Shown here: positions 16,401 through 19,028 of the stretch, piece after piece
Position numbering within the stretch: the first letter of the stretch is position 1
Layout of the letters: the number at the start of each line of letters is the position of its first letter
Source: Leptospirales bacterium
GTDB lineage: Bacteria > Spirochaetota > Leptospiria > Turneriellales > JAOUFE01
Direction: 5' to 3'
Length of the DNA stretch: 19,028 nucleotides
Assembly: GCA_040326155.1 (NCBI GenBank)
Contig: JBEQLE010000076.1
Coordinates: 1-19,028 of the forward strand
The notes under the pieces: model-generated
The model's input: the letters and a program-made list of their open reading frames with translations, nothing else
What the model was told of the DNA's origin: nothing
Databases searched by the model: none
Made by a program: the position numbers and the translations under genes

Positions 16401-18568
16401 AGTTTCGATGGAATTTTCCCCGTGTCGAGTTTGACGCTATTTATAGCCGCTTTGGCTTCAGTCGGTTCCAGGACACTTTTAAAGAAGCTGCCCATGCGAG
16501 ACCAAAAACCCTGCTTGGCCTTTATCTTTTTAGGTTTTAATATTTCATGATTCGGGTCGCCTTTTTTCCCTTTTTTCTCCCCTTTAAAAGATCCTGGCGC
16601 TTTGGCAGTTTTGTAGTTATGCTTCGGTTTTACGGTGGGCTCTTCCGGTGCTAGCCCGGTAGGCGTCTTCATCTTGGGCAGGTTGCTTTCCGTAGCGCCC
16701 ACCTCTTTCTCTAATAAACCCTGCGACTGGCTGACCCCCTGGTTATACATATCCAACGCCTCGGTCGCGGGAGCCAGTGATATAGCCTTGGTTACGTCGC
16801 CAGGATTTTCTGCCTTCAAAGCAGGCTTCTCTGCTTTTAGATCAGGAGCTTTGGCACCCTTGCCACCCTTTTTACTAGCCTCGGGTGAAACATTTTGAGA
16901 CCCCATTTCAGGAGAGGCTTTTTCTGTTTGGCCGGCTTCCGGTTGAACTTCAGCTTTAGCTTTCGTATCCAAAACGGCATCTTCGGAGTCTTTAACCTCG
17001 TCGGGTTGTAACGACTCCGGTTCGCTTTTCAATTCAGGTTTTTTTTCTAATTCGGTTTTACTATTTTGATCGGGTGTTGTCTCAGAAGTTTGATCTTTTT
17101 CTTGATTAGTAACGTCAGGAGAAGTGCTTTGATCGAGTTTCCCTTCCCCCTGGCCTTTCTCGGTCGACGGTGAAAGGTTTTGTTCTGTCACCGTTTCGCT
17201 ATCGGTTTTTTTCTCCTCTTCTTCTGCGCCCGGCTCTAGAGTTGTTTTTCTCTTAAGCGAAGACCCCTGCTGAACCGTATGCGTCAGCTCATGCGCCATG
17301 AGTTTCTTACCGTCCGACGTATCCTGATTATACTGCCCGCTCCCAAAAAAGATATCGCTACCAACGGTAAAAGCCTTGGCATTCACACTCTTGGAAAGCT
17401 GATTCGCCTGCCCCCCGGTGTGGATTTTCACACCAGAAAAATCGGCACCAAACCTCGGCTCATAATAAGAGCGTTCGTTCGGTGAAAGTGATTTCCCACC
17501 ACCCCTGGCCGAGTTTATAGAAGATTCCACGCCCTCAGGAGCAGCTTGCCCGTTACCTTTTCTTTGTAAAACCCCAACACCAGAAGGCGGCGTCCAGAGA
17601 GTCTTCTTTTGTAGAGTGCGCACCGAGTGAATAGACTTTCCCGCAGCAAAAGTATTTTCAGGAGCAGTGTACTCTTTTCGTTTCTTTTGAACATAGGCCT
17701 GGTTGACACCCGATGGAAGTCTGGAACCTCCGGGTATTTTCGGGGGTATCAACCCTTTGCGCCGCAACTTCGCCTGGCCCTCGTCGTCCTCTTCAACACG
17801 CTGCAACTTCGCCTGGCCTTCTTCTTCTTCTTCGACACGCTGCAACTTCGCTTGGCCCTCGTCGTCTTCTTCGACGCGTTGCAAAAACTTACCTTGGGCA
17901 TCTTCGTCTTCGGGTGCAGCTTCGCGTTGCAATAATTTGCCTTGCGCTTCTTCCTCTTCAGATGCGGATTCGCGTTGTAAAAATTTACCCTGTGCTTCTT
18001 CGTCTTCGGGTGCAGCTTCGCGTTGCAAGGATTTCCCTTGCGCTTCTTCATCTTCGCCGGGGGCACCGGATTTTTGCAAAAAATTGCCTTGCAATTTCTC
18101 GTCGTCGTCAGGTTGCTTCTCTTGCAATTCCTCGGTTGATTCGTTGGCAGATCTTTGCAAGGGCATTATAGAATTTACAAGCGGGGTACGCGAAATCGTG
18201 GCAGGGGCAGGGGCAGATTTTGCCGAAATTTCATTCGACGAGTCGCCGGATGTTTCGTTCGCGGAATTATTCTCAGGCTCGTTCATAGAAACGACTTTCT
18301 CGGAAACGGCGTCGGCCTCTAACTCGTACTTATCGTTTGCCGGGCCGATATTCAGCTTTTTTTGTAACCAGCCCGATTTCAAAAGACGCCCAACGGCCTG
18401 ATTGCCAATGGTGCGTTGCAAGTGCATTATATAATCGCGGCGATTTTGAATCTTTTCAGGAGCCTCATGAATACCGGACGAATTCGAATGCGTCGATTCC
18501 ACATACGTTTTCGCCCCGTCACTCGTTGCGCTCTTTGGATTAACCCCTGTGTTTGCTTTTTCGCCCAT
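13406..18568 (-). CDS. Large DUF4157 polymorphic toxin (1720 aa) with coiled-coil and helical tail-protein-like middle and C-terminal HNH-type nuclease
   Basis: Shared leader RDYIMHLQRTIGNQAV...DKYELEADAV, HELTH at 17279-17293, long Lys/Glu coiled coil and amphipathic/hydrophobic helices. C-terminal NVDHVVPLAKHW...NFEVIHEQHNKSKGS (about 13560-13700). Confidence 0.9.
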   Translation of the reverse strand: MGEKANTGVNPKSATSDGAKTYVESTHSNSSGIHEAPEKIQNRRDYIMHLQRTIGNQAVGRLLKSGWLQKKLNIGPANDKYELEADAVSEKVVSMNEPENNSANETSGDSSNEISAKSAPAPATISRTPLVNSIMPLQRSANESTEELQEKQPDDDEKLQGNFLQKSGAPGEDEEAQGKSLQREAAPEDEEAQGKFLQRESASEEEEAQGKLLQREAAPEDEDAQGKFLQRVEEDDEGQAKLQRVEEEEEGQAKLQRVEEDDEGQAKLRRKGLIPPKIPGGSRLPSGVNQAYVQKKRKEYTAPENTFAAGKSIHSVRTLQKKTLWTPPSGVGVLQRKGNGQAAPEGVESSINSARGGGKSLSPNERSYYEPRFGADFSGVKIHTGGQANQLSKSVNAKAFTVGSDIFFGSGQYNQDTSDGKKLMAHELTHTVQQGSSLKRKTTLEPGAEEEEKKTDSETVTEQNLSPSTEKGQGEGKLDQSTSPDVTNQEKDQTSETTPDQNSKTELEKKPELKSEPESLQPDEVKDSEDAVLDTKAKAEVQPEAGQTEKASPEMGSQNVSPEASKKGGKGAKAPDLKAEKPALKAENPGDVTKAISLAPATEALDMYNQGVSQSQGLLEKEVGATESNLPKMKTPTGLAPEEPTVKPKHNYKTAKAPGSFKGEKKGKKGDPNHEILKPKKIKAKQGFWSRMGSFFKSVLEPTEAKAAINSVKLDTGKIPSKLGARPGVNLSGEADPNQAEAFQSESKQNVAAAKQESHAQANQDFGENSVAPVPDNTIIQAKKKMGKTAVSSQPLEAPQLVPPEVKGDIDVTMGATLRPALLKEESQYSKERQTYEAGKVQAETDTDAQAEALNEETKATQRKEQQNVKAQVDGHRQEWKDEVGKVEKDFETKSSKATIDQKAKISQESAKGNKEADQHFKKAENDAAQKKRDASKDAEKEKSKGKKESTGFFSWVGSKLSAFVDGIKNAVNAIFDGLKKAVSFIFDAAKKLAMAAIDLARKAVTGLIKGLGTLLKGLISVVFAAFPEIAKKINAKIDATVNKAVKAVNDAAAALKKGVAKLLDVLASVINGLLSAVQAAYNFALTAMSLIVKGEFKQLGKYIVKSALKLLGATLGALMKLMGISQKDVDRIVDDPIGFLGNLVGAVKKGLNQFVSNIVKHLTAGLASWLFGAFGKEGIQLPTSFNLPGIFSFLAQLFHLTYDAIRNKLIKKIGSAGATIVKAFEGGFAFMVDFAKRGPLALWEKVEKSLTNIKEMLFGSLITWLRNTIIVQAVTKLVSFFNPAGAIVQAVQAIYNVAMFFKERWDQIKSFGQAVFQSFSNIAKGAVGTAAGFIEKSIGKAIPIMIAFLARLLNISGVVKQVKGVIDKIRKPISKAVKKVVGWLAKMAKKAWKGLKKIGGKLLGKGKDLLGKLKQWWKVKLPIKAKGEQHTLFFSGNNESAVLMIASKGMRYESFIKTLRPTTDEQQAAKEKALNLGKQIDMKKKEVASLHRKYKDPKKDAGIKAEADKKQLNMVALMKKMTNHISILLQEKKIPEKRFLPPKFKMKVRKKLYMEGSGYSTLSEKMRQDKADDINEEFKKLRKETNENKKEKIWMRLLDAELVPDNVQRDAYVRRNIKKRKLNVDHVVPLAKHWITIGWNTSDEERQKHASSASNFEVIHEQHNKSKGSQDEDGYKHYYKDRFWVGKKFSSMVNKSPFSSLKIGKEFFRETLDGKPIKR
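17764..18125 (-). repeat. Intragenic tandem repeats encoding acidic QR/QK units
   Basis: 3 x 39 nt (QRVEEDDEGQAKL, 17764-17880), 3 x 48 nt (QREAAPEDEEAQGKFL-type, 17881-18024), one 51-nt unit and a degenerate unit. Confidence 0.9.
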
Positions 18569-18605
18569 TTTTATCTCATTCTATAAATCAATTTTAAATC
18601 CATGT

Positions 18606-18688
18606 TAAAGGGGGCGATGATATCTCCACCTGGTGAAAATATCTGGCCCCCCTCGCTGCAAACGCTGCGCGTTTTACGCTACCCCCCC
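18606..18688 (-). repeat. Copy G of the G-rich repeat
   Basis: Minus strand reads GGGGGGGTAGCGTA-AAACGC.GCA.GCGTTT-GCAGCGAGGGGGG...CCCCCTTTA. Confidence 0.8.
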
Positions 18689-18726
18689 GATTTCATTCTC
18701 AGAAACCACGGTGGGGAATTTCTTAC

Positions 18727-19028
18727 CTATTTCACCAACCAGAGATCAATGTCCTTTGAAATATTTTTTATCTTCACCCAGGTGGTGGCAGTTGGTTGCC
18801 CTTTTTTTAAGGGAAGCTGTCCCAGAAGACCGACAGCGTTCCACTCCGGCCGATTACCTCGAGGAGTGTAAGCTTTACCGGAATCATAATCGGGGTTCAA
18901 TTTAGGGCGGTTTCGTTTATTAAACTTTCCCGTACCCACCATAAGCGGTTCGCCCCTTTCATCCCATACCGGCTCTTCAACTTCATAGGTGTCCATAACG
19001 GGTACACGAATTTTTTGAGAATTCTCAT
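18727..19028 (-). CDS. 3' end of a protein with a Peptidase_G2-type intramolecular chaperone/autocleavage C-terminus (tail fibre/tail spike-like); 5' end outside window
   Basis: Frame is open to the window edge. KLNPDYDSGKAYTPRGNRPEWNAVGLLGQLPLKKGQPTATTWVKIKNIS..IDLWLVK is the characteristic C-terminus of this family. Confidence 0.8.
   Translation of the reverse strand, partial: ENSQKIRVPVMDTYEVEEPVWDERGEPLMVGTGKFNKRNRPKLNPDYDSGKAYTPRGNRPEWNAVGLLGQLPLKKGQPTATTWVKIKNISKDIDLWLVK

Noticed and set aside
17764..18125. Regularly spaced repeats as a CRISPR array
   Set aside because: Units are in-frame multiples of three inside a long ORF, with no unique spacers and no cas genes.
14253..18401. Multiple plus-strand ORFs of up to 241 aa
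   Set aside because: Antisense shadows of the 1720-aa gene arising from codon bias and repeats.
2518..18688. Junction repeats as integron attC sites
   Set aside because: No consistent RYYYAAC/GTTRRRY ends, mixed orientation, and no integrase in the window.

Overview
Bacterial accessory region, mostly on the minus strand; the host cannot be identified from sequence alone. The right two-thirds (about 5.1-18.6 kb) is a tandem array of three polymorphic-toxin-like genes. They share an N-terminal leader, acidic QR/QK repeats and a DUF4157 ('eCIS core', HELTH) domain, but carry different C-terminal domains: an HNH-type nuclease (1720 aa), an SH3-like plus L,D-transpeptidase/Tlde1-like domain (636 aa), and a LysM-like plus PGRP/Amidase_2 domain (608 aa). 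Each is followed by a different small gene whose predicted location fits its partner's target (cytoplasmic WD40 protein, cysteine-less peroxiredoxin-like lipoprotein, membrane protein), so these are candidate immunity genes. The array lies directly downstream of a gene ending in a Peptidase_G2-type tail-spike chaperone domain. It also contains an internally deleted relic of a fourth toxin, a vapBC module and a decayed remnant. A dispersed G-rich palindromic repeat family (GGGGTRGCG-hairpin-GCGAGGGG...TTTCCCCC) sits at most module junctions. The left part holds a nuclease-STAND NTPase (Avs-like) gene of at least 788 aa that the ORF track missed, a truncated orphan hicB, two hypothetical genes and a thioredoxin-family gene. 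All family assignments come from motif recognition by eye, not database searches.
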